36,899 bases of DNA, taken from contig JAHEEZ010000002.1 of assembly GCA_024640445.1 (NCBI GenBank), positions 1-36,899 on the forward strand, read 5' to 3'. Of the stretch, positions 16,970-24,937 are shown piece by piece. The position numbers and the translations under genes were made by a program. The DNA is from Acidobacteriota bacterium. Its GTDB lineage: Bacteria > Acidobacteriota > Blastocatellia > Pyrinomonadales > Pyrinomonadaceae. The stretch's first letter is position 1, and each line of letters opens with the position of its first letter. Below the pieces are notes generated by a model. It saw only the letters and a list, made by a program, of their open reading frames with translations, did no database searches and had not been told where the DNA came from.

Positions 16970-18667
16970 ATGCCAATCGATATGCAAGAGCAGACAAATA
17001 CAAGCGGGCAGCAGGAACCGTCCAATTCCCAATCGGCCGTCGCCGATTTTGTAGAGAACGAGCCGCCCGAGGTTACTGCGGCAAAAAAGATCGCCAAACG
17101 TTACAGGCTGCCCTATATAGACCTTCTGCCTCCGGACAAGGAATCTCCGATCGATTACGAAGAACTTGCCGCGATTCCTGTGGACCTTATGCTCAGGAAT
17201 CAGTTCGTCCCCCTGAAGAGGGAAGGAAGAGGCCTGCACGCGGCGATGGCGGATCCGACAAACCTAGAACGCCTCGACGAGCTTGAGAACGCTTTGAACG
17301 TCAGGATAATTCCTTACGTAGCCACCTCCGGCGCGATCGACGTCGTGCTTAAGAAAGGCGACGCGACTCAGAGAGTTCTTCAGGAAGCTGCCTCCGGGTT
17401 CAGGATCTCGCTGGTTAAGGAGACCGAGCATGGCGAAGAGGTACTCGACCTTGACCGGCTTGCCACGGATTCCGACATGTCGCCCATCATAAAACTGGTC
17501 GACACGATCATTTACAATGCGATGGAATCGAGGGCGTCCGATATTCATATTGAAACCCGAGAGCGCGAGGTCCAGGTGAAGTTCAGGATCGACGGCGCGC
17601 TTTACGCGAAGGTGGACCCGATCGACATCGTCTTCCACCAGACGCTTATCTCGCGCATCAAGGTGATGTCCGAGCTGGACATTGCCGAACGCCGTGTGCC
17701 GCAGGATGGTAGGTTCAGGGTCCACTACAAAGGCCGCACGGTCGATTTCCGTGTTTCGATAATGCCCACGGTTTACGGCGAGGACGCCGTCATTCGTATC
17801 CTCGATAAGGAACAGATATCGGAAGAGTTCAAGAATTTGAGCCTGGACGTTGTCGGTTTCCACCCTGATGATCTGAAGCGGTTCCGTATGTACATAAAGG
17901 AACCGTATGGAATGGTCCTGGTCACTGGGCCGACAGGTTCGGGTAAGACGACAACTTTGTACGGAGCCTTGAACGAGATCAGGAACGAAGAGGACAAGAT
18001 CATCACGATCGAGGACCCGGTCGAGTATCAGCTGCACGGGATCGTCCAGATCCCCGTGAACGAAAAAAAGGGCCTCACGTTTGCCCGCGGACTTCGCTCG
18101 ATCCTGCGACACGACCCCGACAAGATCATGGTCGGTGAGATCCGCGACGAGGAAACGGCCGATATAGCCATTAATTCGGCTCTGACTGGCCACCTGGTAT
18201 TCACGACCGTTCACGCGAACAATGTGATCGACGTTATCGGGCGCTTCCTCAACATGAAGGTTGACCTGCATAACTTCGTGTCATCATTGAACTGCGTGCT
18301 AGCTCAGAGACTTGTCCGGCTTCTCTGCCAGACTTGCAGACGCCAGTACGAACCGCCGATCTCCGAGATTCGCGAATCTGGGCTCAAGCCGGAGGACGTG
18401 CTCGGGAAGACCCTCTTTATGAATGTCGGCTGCGATGCGTGTAACCACACCGGATACAGGGGCAGGACGGCAATTCACGAATTACTTGATATGACCGATC
18501 CGATCCGTGAGATGATCATCGCCCGCCGACCGGGTTCCGAGATCAGGCGGCAAGCGGAACTGGAAGGACTGATCAGCCTGCGCGAATCCGCGCTAAGAAA
18601 GGTATTTTCGGGTGTGACGACGCTTCACGAGATCAACAGGGTCACATTCGTTGAGGATGTTCGTTAA
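16970..18667 (+). CDS. gspE: Type II secretion / type IV pilus assembly ATPase (GspE/PilB family)
   Basis: T2SSE_N-like N-domain, Walker A GPTGSGKTTT, Asp box, Walker B MVGEIRD, His box, and the tetracysteine motif CQTC...CDAC. Confidence 0.93.
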   Translation: MPIDMQEQTNTSGQQEPSNSQSAVADFVENEPPEVTAAKKIAKRYRLPYIDLLPPDKESPIDYEELAAIPVDLMLRNQFVPLKREGRGLHAAMADPTNLERLDELENALNVRIIPYVATSGAIDVVLKKGDATQRVLQEAASGFRISLVKETEHGEEVLDLDRLATDSDMSPIIKLVDTIIYNAMESRASDIHIETREREVQVKFRIDGALYAKVDPIDIVFHQTLISRIKVMSELDIAERRVPQDGRFRVHYKGRTVDFRVSIMPTVYGEDAVIRILDKEQISEEFKNLSLDVVGFHPDDLKRFRMYIKEPYGMVLVTGPTGSGKTTTLYGALNEIRNEEDKIITIEDPVEYQLHGIVQIPVNEKKGLTFARGLRSILRHDPDKIMVGEIRDEETADIAINSALTGHLVFTTVHANNVIDVIGRFLNMKVDLHNFVSSLNCVLAQRLVRLLCQTCRRQYEPPISEIRESGLKPEDVLGKTLFMNVGCDACNHTGYRGRTAIHELLDMTDPIREMIIARRPGSEIRRQAELEGLISLRESALRKVFSGVTTLHEINRVTFVEDVR

Positions 18668-18891
18668 CGGGCGTTTTGGTGTCGCCTTTCCTTGTCGCGG
18701 GAGGAGCCTGAAAGGGCACTGTAAACCAATATGGAATTTGCTTTTTCGGCATATTCACTTCAAAATATGGATTGTTGCGAGCCTTCATTTTCTTTCCGCA
18801 ACTTTTCCAGCACTAATTCGTGTATTTCTCCTATCGATGCCCGGCGGATCAGCGGCCGGGTGCCCGTCAACAGGATTCCCGGAAGATAGCC

Positions 18892-21414
18892 ATGAACAAT
18901 TCGAAACGACTGCGATTTGTAATTACCCTCTCTTTGTTGCTGTGCCTGCTTTCACCTACCGTTGTGTTTTCCATGGGCGAAGGCAAGAAGCATTTCAAAC
19001 AGGGCATGAAACATGAACAAGCTGAGGAATGGGACAAAGCTGTTGAAGAGTTTGCGCTGGCCGTAACGGCGGATCCGAAGAACCCAGAGTACAGGCTTCA
19101 CTTCCGCAGGGCGTTGTTCAATGCTTCGCAGATGTTCATGAAGCGCGGCCGGATGGCGGCGGAAGAGGAAGACTATCTGGGCGCCTACAACGCCTTTAGA
19201 AGAGCTTACAGCTTCGATCCTGTGAACGAACTCGCAAAATCCGAAATGGCCCGGATGCTGAGGCTCCAAAAGGAACTGCTCGGAGTCAACGACGATCAAG
19301 ACAAGGATAAAGCCGATAGCGGGTTCCGCATGGTTCAAACGGGACTTTCCTCCACAAACATTCCTTCGGACGTCGTAATTCCACAGCGGTACGAAAAGCT
19401 TCGAGATCTTCCGTTCCCTTCAGGGATCGATCTTCAGCGGATCGTGCGCGATCTTGCAAATGACCTGGACCTGAACGTACTTTTCGACTCGCAATCCAGG
19501 CTGGACAACAAGAAGGTAAAGATCGAATTAAAGAATGTCACCGCCGCCCAGGCTCTTGACGCCATCTTTCTTCAGGAAGGTCTGTTCTTCGAGAAGGTCG
19601 CCCCACGGACCATCATTGTCGCCACTTCAAACCGGAGACAGTTTTTTCAGCAGCTTGTATTGAAGACCTTCTATCTCGGCAACGCCGACCCCAAGAAAGT
19701 TGCGGCGGTGCTTCAGAAGGCGATTCCCGCGCAGCCGGGGCGAACACCTACCAACGTACTTACGGACGAAGATACAAACAGTATCACCATTCGTGACACG
19801 GCGGAGAACATCAGGCTGATGAGCGATCTGATAGCGGCCCTGGACAAGGATCGCGCCGAAGTGGTGATGGACGTTCAGATCTACGAGGTGTCGAAGAACG
19901 ACCTTCTTGAACTTGGCAATCAAATTGGGAATAGAGCTTCCCTTACAAATATTGGAGGCGCTTTGCCCGGCATCGTTCCGCTAAATGGGGTCCCCGTAAG
20001 CATACCGGACGGTTCGATCGTGAGCACAGCGATAGGTATTGTCCTGAACACACCGTTTACAAGCCTGTCGGCTTTCCAGCAAAGATCAAATACAAAGCTC
20101 CTGGCCTCAACACAGATACACGCATTCAATAACGAGGATTCTTCCGCCAGGATCGGTCAGCGCGTACCGGTCCAAACGGCACAGTTGCCCAACTACTACG
20201 CCCCTACGCCGGAAAATCCGACCAATCCCGGCAATGCTTTTGGAGGCGGCTATCCGGTGATCAATTATGAGCAGGTTGGGCTGACTTTGAAATTCAAACC
20301 GATCGTGTTCCCTAATCAGGACGTTCAGGTAGCTATGGAGATCGAGTCCAAAGAAGTTCTGGACAAAAATACCCTGACCCCTTCCTTCACTGAGCGCACA
20401 ATCAAAGGAACTGCACGCGTACAAAACAACAAGACGCTGCTGCTTGCGAGCGTCGCACAGGGCATCGAGAGCGAAGCCAGGGAAGGAATTCCGTTTCTTG
20501 GACTGATCCCGATCCTCGGGAGACTGTTTACCGTGCCTAAGCAAGACAACCGCCAGGTTGACATTGTAATTGCGATAACGCCGCGAGTTATTCGCGCACC
20601 GGCGATCCTTCCGGAAGATACAATCGAGAGGCCGACCGGAAGCCTCGCGGTCCCGACAAGCGGCTCGCTTGAGGCGCTGGTGGTCAGGGAAGAGATCGAG
20701 CGTCAAAAGACGTTCGCGCGCCGCGAGAAGCGGGACGTAAATGTCCAGCTTCCCGATGCTGATGTGCCGGAGTACGTAAAATCAAATGGCGATGAAGCTC
20801 TTTCGGTGAACGAAGCGGAAAGTTCAAATGCTCCCGAACCCGATGCCTCATCGTCACCTTCTTCGGCTGCGATCGCAACGGGACTCAAGCCGATAGACAC
20901 GGGAATGAAGTCGCTTTCGATCACACCTACATCTTCGGCGCCGGGGAACACGCTTGCCCTGAATCCGGTCTCGCTGCCGAGTTCGGGCATAGAGTCCGAG
21001 ACGGGTGATGCTGAAAATACGCGAATGGCTGAATTGCAGTTTCTTCCCAAGCCGGGAATGTTGCGGGCCGGCGAACGCACAAAGCTCGCGGTGTTGGTCC
21101 GCGGAGCTTCCATTTTCCGCTCGGCGGTGATCGGATTGAAGTTCGATCCGGCTAGAACCACTGTGCGTTCGGTCCAGTTTGGCGATGTTTATGGAAAAGA
21201 GCTTTCGCAAACGTCAGCGGATCCGTTCCTAAATGAAGGCGGCAAGCTTTATGTGTCCTTGATCGCTCCAAACGGTTCCTCGGAAAACAGTTCCGGCGTG
21301 CTTGCTTTCATCGAGATCGAGGCGTTAGCGGACGGCGTTCCGATGATCGAATTTGATCCCGAGATGATCAGCCTCCTGACCGCGTCAGGCGATAGTTTCC
21401 TGGTGAAGTTCTAA
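18892..21414 (+). CDS. gspD: Secretin (GspD/PilQ family) with an N-terminal TPR-like region and a C-terminal cohesin-like domain
   Basis: Signal peptide MNNSKRLRFVITLSLLLCLLSPTVVFS. Secretin core shows NSITIRDTAENIRLMSDLIAALD, VMDVQIYEV, TLLLASV...GIPFLGLIPILGRLF and IVIAITPRVI. Start moved to ATG 18892. Confidence 0.85.
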   Translation: MNNSKRLRFVITLSLLLCLLSPTVVFSMGEGKKHFKQGMKHEQAEEWDKAVEEFALAVTADPKNPEYRLHFRRALFNASQMFMKRGRMAAEEEDYLGAYNAFRRAYSFDPVNELAKSEMARMLRLQKELLGVNDDQDKDKADSGFRMVQTGLSSTNIPSDVVIPQRYEKLRDLPFPSGIDLQRIVRDLANDLDLNVLFDSQSRLDNKKVKIELKNVTAAQALDAIFLQEGLFFEKVAPRTIIVATSNRRQFFQQLVLKTFYLGNADPKKVAAVLQKAIPAQPGRTPTNVLTDEDTNSITIRDTAENIRLMSDLIAALDKDRAEVVMDVQIYEVSKNDLLELGNQIGNRASLTNIGGALPGIVPLNGVPVSIPDGSIVSTAIGIVLNTPFTSLSAFQQRSNTKLLASTQIHAFNNEDSSARIGQRVPVQTAQLPNYYAPTPENPTNPGNAFGGGYPVINYEQVGLTLKFKPIVFPNQDVQVAMEIESKEVLDKNTLTPSFTERTIKGTARVQNNKTLLLASVAQGIESEAREGIPFLGLIPILGRLFTVPKQDNRQVDIVIAITPRVIRAPAILPEDTIERPTGSLAVPTSGSLEALVVREEIERQKTFARREKRDVNVQLPDADVPEYVKSNGDEALSVNEAESSNAPEPDASSSPSSAAIATGLKPIDTGMKSLSITPTSSAPGNTLALNPVSLPSSGIESETGDAENTRMAELQFLPKPGMLRAGERTKLAVLVRGASIFRSAVIGLKFDPARTTVRSVQFGDVYGKELSQTSADPFLNEGGKLYVSLIAPNGSSENSSGVLAFIEIEALADGVPMIEFDPEMISLLTASGDSFLVKF

Positions 21415-21417
21415 GAA

Positions 21418-22077
21418 GTGAATCGGTTACAACGCATTGGAAGGATACGAAGGATTGCGCCGGGGGCGGATAGCGGATACACGCTTCTGGAACTGGTCAT
21501 CACTCTCACAGTTCTTTCAATCATGATCATGGGTACCATCCCTCTCGCGCAGAACGCAGTGAAAAGGCAGAAAGAGATCCGGCTGAGGCAAACGTTGCGC
21601 GATATCAGGAACGCGATCGATGAATTCAAACGCGATACGGTGGGCTCATGTCCTTTGGGTTCAGTAACCAGCGGTAATCCTACGCAGGTAGGACAGAATA
21701 TTCCGGCTGATCCGAGAAGCAGGGTGGTCATCGATGACTGCACGATCTTCGACACGGAGAACATAGACCGCTACCCGCCGAGTCTGGATGCGCTTGTCGA
21801 CGGCGTCAGAGTGAAACCCAGGGGCCTCTCCGCACAAGCGAGGTCCGGCGGCGTTTTCGCCGACAAGAACGCTACGGAGCTGAACGAACAGAAAGAGGTA
21901 CTCAAGGTCTATTTGCGCGAACTGCCGATCGATCCGATGACGGGTGAAGACGACTGGGAATTGAGGTCTTCATATCAGACTAAGGACTCGAGCAGCTGGG
22001 ATGAAGTGAACGTTTTTGACGTCCGCTCAAGAGCGGGCGGTACCGCCTTGAACGGAGAGAAGTACAGTGAGTGGTAA
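21418..22077 (+). CDS. Large prepilin-type (pseudo)pilin with N-terminal cleavage/methylation motif
   Basis: GTG start and 20-aa basic leader, then G|YTLLELVITLTVLSIMIMGTIPL. Cys pair (GSCPLGS...IDDCTIF). The C-terminus GEKYSEW is shared with the next gene. Confidence 0.75.
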   Translation: MNRLQRIGRIRRIAPGADSGYTLLELVITLTVLSIMIMGTIPLAQNAVKRQKEIRLRQTLRDIRNAIDEFKRDTVGSCPLGSVTSGNPTQVGQNIPADPRSRVVIDDCTIFDTENIDRYPPSLDALVDGVRVKPRGLSAQARSGGVFADKNATELNEQKEVLKVYLRELPIDPMTGEDDWELRSSYQTKDSSSWDEVNVFDVRSRAGGTALNGEKYSEW

Positions 22078-22507
22078 AGAGACAAGAGAATACCTGGAGG
22101 CTGGAAGCGTTGGCCGGACACGACCGTTTGGCACAGCCGGTTTCTCGCTGCTTGAGTTGCTTATCGCGATGTTCATACTCGTGATCCTGATTTCCGTTGC
22201 CGTTCCAACCTACCGAAACAGTGTCCAGCACGCCCGCGAAGTCGTTCTCGAGGAGAACCTGTTTCAAATGAGGCGCGCCATAGACCAGTACGCCGCGGAT
22301 AAAGAACGTCTCCCCCAGTCTTTGCAGGATCTGGTCGATTCGAACTATTTTCGCGACATCCCAGTCGATCCGCTAACGGAAAAAGCGGAATGGAACGAGA
22401 TCGTCGGCGAAGATTCAAATTCGGCCGAAGCAGAACAAGGGCTTGTCGATGTCAAGAGTCTTGCCGAGGGCGAAGACAGCAACGGCAAGAAGTACAGCGA
22501 ATATTGA
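22067..22507 (+). CDS. gspG: GspG-like major pseudopilin
   Basis: G|FSLLELLIAMFILVILISVAVPTYRNSVQHARE...LFQMRRAIDQYAADKERLPQSLQDLV...IPVDPLT matches the GspG pattern. GTG start overlaps the previous gene by 11 nt; the leader is unusually long (25 aa), so the start is uncertain. Confidence 0.8.
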   Translation: MSGKETREYLEAGSVGRTRPFGTAGFSLLELLIAMFILVILISVAVPTYRNSVQHAREVVLEENLFQMRRAIDQYAADKERLPQSLQDLVDSNYFRDIPVDPLTEKAEWNEIVGEDSNSAEAEQGLVDVKSLAEGEDSNGKKYSEY

Positions 22508-22539
22508 ACCCCGGGCACTGCCCGCAAGTACCGATACAA

Positions 22540-23475
22540 ATGTTAAGCAGCCTTACCAAACCGAACTATCCGCGCGCAGCGATGGGTTTCGGCCAGAATT
22601 CTGTGACCGCGGTCGCGCTTCAGAAAGACGGACCGGCGTTCTTTTCCGTGAGGCAGGCAGCGACTGTCGAATTGCCCGCCGGGCTGGTAAATCCGAGTTT
22701 TGTGGATGATAACATCAGTGATCAGTTCGAATTGGCGGAGCACCTTGAGCGGGTTTCTCTCGAATGCGGATTGCGCGGGCAGAAGCAATGGTCGGTCTCA
22801 ATGCCGAGCACGACCGCGAGGACGGCAATACTGTCCATCAAAGAAGTGCCGACTTCTAAGAGAGAGCTTGAAGAGGTGCTTGATTTCAAGGCCGAAACCA
22901 GTTTTGGCGTACCGTCTTCAGAACTCAGGATCTCGATGGACAGGATCAGCCCGGATGCCGAAGGCCGGGCACGTTATTTCGCGACGGCGGTGAAGCTGGG
23001 TGTGATAGACGAGTACGAAACAGTATTTGAATCTCTCGGGTGGCGCGCGGGATTGATCCTTCCGAGGGCAGTTTCGGAACTGAACTGGCTTGCCGGATCG
23101 CGATCCGCTGAAGACGCGCTCCTGATCAGTTCCCAGGAAAACGGATTTACCGCGCTCCTGCTCAGGGCCGGAGAGCCCGCCCTTGTGCGATCCGTGATCT
23201 GCAGGGATGAAGAGATCGATGACGAGATATTCAGGCTGCTTGTTTACTACAAAGACAAGTACGAGGAATCTCCTGAGTCAGGATCATCCGGTCGGTTCCT
23301 CGTTATCGGCGAGGGTTCTCTGGATGATAGATTCGCCGGTATATCGGCAGAAGCGCTTGGCAGATCTGTGAGGCTTCTTGCTCCGGCCGATCTGGGCCTC
23401 GCCTTTCCATCTTCCAGCCTCAGATTCAGTGATATCGCCGCTCCGGCGGGGCTTGCAACTCTTGGCTGGCGTTAG
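22540..23475 (+). CDS. PilM/GspL-cytoplasmic-domain-like assembly protein (actin-like fold), soluble
   Basis: Operon position plus PilM-like pattern (GFGQNSVTAVALQKDG...ELEEVLDFKAETSFGVP...VIDEYETVFESLGWRAGLILPRAVSELNWL). No TM segment. Start moved to ATG 22540. Confidence 0.6.
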   Translation: MLSSLTKPNYPRAAMGFGQNSVTAVALQKDGPAFFSVRQAATVELPAGLVNPSFVDDNISDQFELAEHLERVSLECGLRGQKQWSVSMPSTTARTAILSIKEVPTSKRELEEVLDFKAETSFGVPSSELRISMDRISPDAEGRARYFATAVKLGVIDEYETVFESLGWRAGLILPRAVSELNWLAGSRSAEDALLISSQENGFTALLLRAGEPALVRSVICRDEEIDDEIFRLLVYYKDKYEESPESGSSGRFLVIGEGSLDDRFAGISAEALGRSVRLLAPADLGLAFPSSSLRFSDIAAPAGLATLGWR

Positions 23476-23501
23476 TCGAACAGCAGGTCAGATCCTTAGA
23501 A

Positions 23502-23532
23502 GGCGGGGCGCCGGCCCCGTCTTTTTCTTTTC
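23502..23532 (+). terminator. Rho-independent terminator closing the secretion operon
   Basis: GGCGGGGC (23502-23509), loop GCCG, GCCCCGTC (23514-23521, one G-U pair), followed by TTTTTCTTTTC. Confidence 0.6.
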
Positions 23533-23578
23533 AAACAAGGTGATTTCATGACCGGACTCGAAAGGTGGTCATTTCCGC

Positions 23579-23607
23579 TTTCAAGAACCCTTCCGGCAGA
23601 ATATAAT
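23579..23607 (+). promoter_or_regulatory. Candidate sigma70-like promoter upstream of the ECF sigma gene
   Basis: TTTCAA (23579-23584), 17-nt spacer, TATAAT (23602-23607), about 100 nt upstream of ATG 23707. Confidence 0.3.
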
Positions 23608-23706
23608 CATGTCTTAAGTCTCCGAGATCGACAGGGATCGTTGCTTTGTGCGCCGGCATTGAGCGATGAAACAAATAACAGGACGGATGCGTAGAAACAT
23701 TTCATC

Positions 23707-24312
23707 ATGGGTAACCAAGCAATTCTCGCGGAAAACATTGATGGCTTTAGTGATGCTGAGCTGATCGTCGGAGCGATCAGGGGCGGTGAAGACAGCTTCG
23801 CTGAACTTGTTCAGCGATACCAGCGCCCGATCATCAGCTATGTCTATCGATTTCTGAACGACTACGATGCCTCCCTCGACGTCACGCAGGAGGTATTTAT
23901 CAAGGTCTACAATTCGTTGGACCGATACAGTTCTGATTACAAGTTTTCGACGTGGCTTTACAGGATCGCACATAACGCAGCGATCGATCATATCCGCAGG
24001 CACTCCAAGAAAGAACAGAGTATTGAGGCCGAAAATCAAGAAGGCGAGTACCAGATGCAGCTGGAGAGTTCCAGGCCAAATCCTGAAGAGGACAGAGAAC
24101 GAAGCGAATGGAGGAACGAGATCGAAGCGGTCGTTAAGTGCCTGCCGGTAGCCTATCGAGAACTGATCGAGCTTCGTCATGGCAAAGACCTCAGTTACGT
24201 CGAGATTGCGGAGATCACGGATCTGCCCCTGGGGACGGTGAAGAACCGCCTGTTCCGCGCGCGCGAGATGATGCGAGAGATGCTTGTAGAAAGAGGCTTA
24301 AAGGGGATTTAA
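23707..24312 (+). CDS. ECF-type RNA polymerase sigma factor (sigma-70 family, regions 2 and 4)
   Basis: Region 2: FAELVQRYQRPIISYVYRFLNDYDASLDVTQEVFIKVY...FSTWLYRIAHNAAIDHIRR. Region 4: YRELIELRHGKDLSYVEIAEITDLPLGTVKNRLFRAREMM. Confidence 0.9.
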   Translation: MGNQAILAENIDGFSDAELIVGAIRGGEDSFAELVQRYQRPIISYVYRFLNDYDASLDVTQEVFIKVYNSLDRYSSDYKFSTWLYRIAHNAAIDHIRRHSKKEQSIEAENQEGEYQMQLESSRPNPEEDRERSEWRNEIEAVVKCLPVAYRELIELRHGKDLSYVEIAEITDLPLGTVKNRLFRAREMMREMLVERGLKGI

Positions 24313-24353
24313 CCGGACCGGAAGTGCGCTTGCCGCAGTCCGTCCATTTCAAA

Positions 24354-24935
24354 ATGAACGCCCAGAATAACAATCCGGAATGCAAGTGTCCGAGGGACGA
24401 TATCGCCGCTTATATCGACGGTGAACTTTTGCCTGCGGAGGAGATGGAGCTGGAGAATCATTTTTCCTCGTGTTCCCACTGCCTCACGGAGTTCAATGCT
24501 CAAAAGGGACTGCTTTCGGTTCTGAATTGTGCGATGGAAAAGCAGGACCGCGAGATCCCTATGCCGGACAATTTTGCGCGTACCTTGACGATCAATGCGG
24601 AAAGCAATGTTGCCGGGATCAGGAGCCCTGTGGAACGCTACCGTGCGCTGGTTGTATGCGCCGTTCTGCTTTTTGTCGCGTCCGTTGGTCTCGGTGCAGA
24701 CGCCGGACTGGCTTTGAAGCCGTTTGGGCGGTTTGCAGACCAGGCGCTGGCCATAGCGGGGTTCGCGTTCCATTTTCTTTTTGATATCGGAATAGGCCTT
24801 GGCGTCGTGTTCAGATCTTTCGGTCAAAGTGTGTTCCAGGGGTCGGACATCGCTCTCGGTCTTTCCGTGGGCCTTTTCTTGTTTGCGTCCGCGGCGCTCT
24901 CGAAAATCATTCTTCGGTACAACAGGACACCCTAA
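24354..24935 (+). CDS. Anti-sigma factor, zf-HC2 type, membrane-anchored
   Basis: N-terminus CPRDDIAAYIDGELLPAEEMELENHFSSCSHC (H-x3-C-x2-C), then TM segments. Lies immediately downstream of the ECF sigma gene. Start set at ATG 24354; GTG 24324 is possible. Confidence 0.75.
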   Translation: MNAQNNNPECKCPRDDIAAYIDGELLPAEEMELENHFSSCSHCLTEFNAQKGLLSVLNCAMEKQDREIPMPDNFARTLTINAESNVAGIRSPVERYRALVVCAVLLFVASVGLGADAGLALKPFGRFADQALAIAGFAFHFLFDIGIGLGVVFRSFGQSVFQGSDIALGLSVGLFLFASAALSKIILRYNRTP

Positions 24936-24937
24936 GC

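Noticed and set aside
17264-18271. 335-aa antisense ORF inside gspE
   Set aside because: It lies entirely within a very well supported ATPase gene on the opposite strand. Long antisense ORFs are expected in GC-rich coding DNA, and no motif was recognised.
18820-18891. N-terminal extension of the secretin. Similar track extensions occur at 22390-22539 (PilM-like), 24138-24353 (anti-sigma) and 30299-30403 (small secreted protein).
   Set aside because: In each case an internal ATG yields a proper signal peptide or domain start. The extension overlaps the preceding gene or a terminator hairpin.
23581-23613. ECF-type autoregulated promoter (GAAC ... GTC) upstream of the sigma gene
   Set aside because: The spacing between the AAC and GTC elements is about 22 nt, too long for the usual 16-17 nt. 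A sigma70-like TTTCAA-17-TATAAT fits better.
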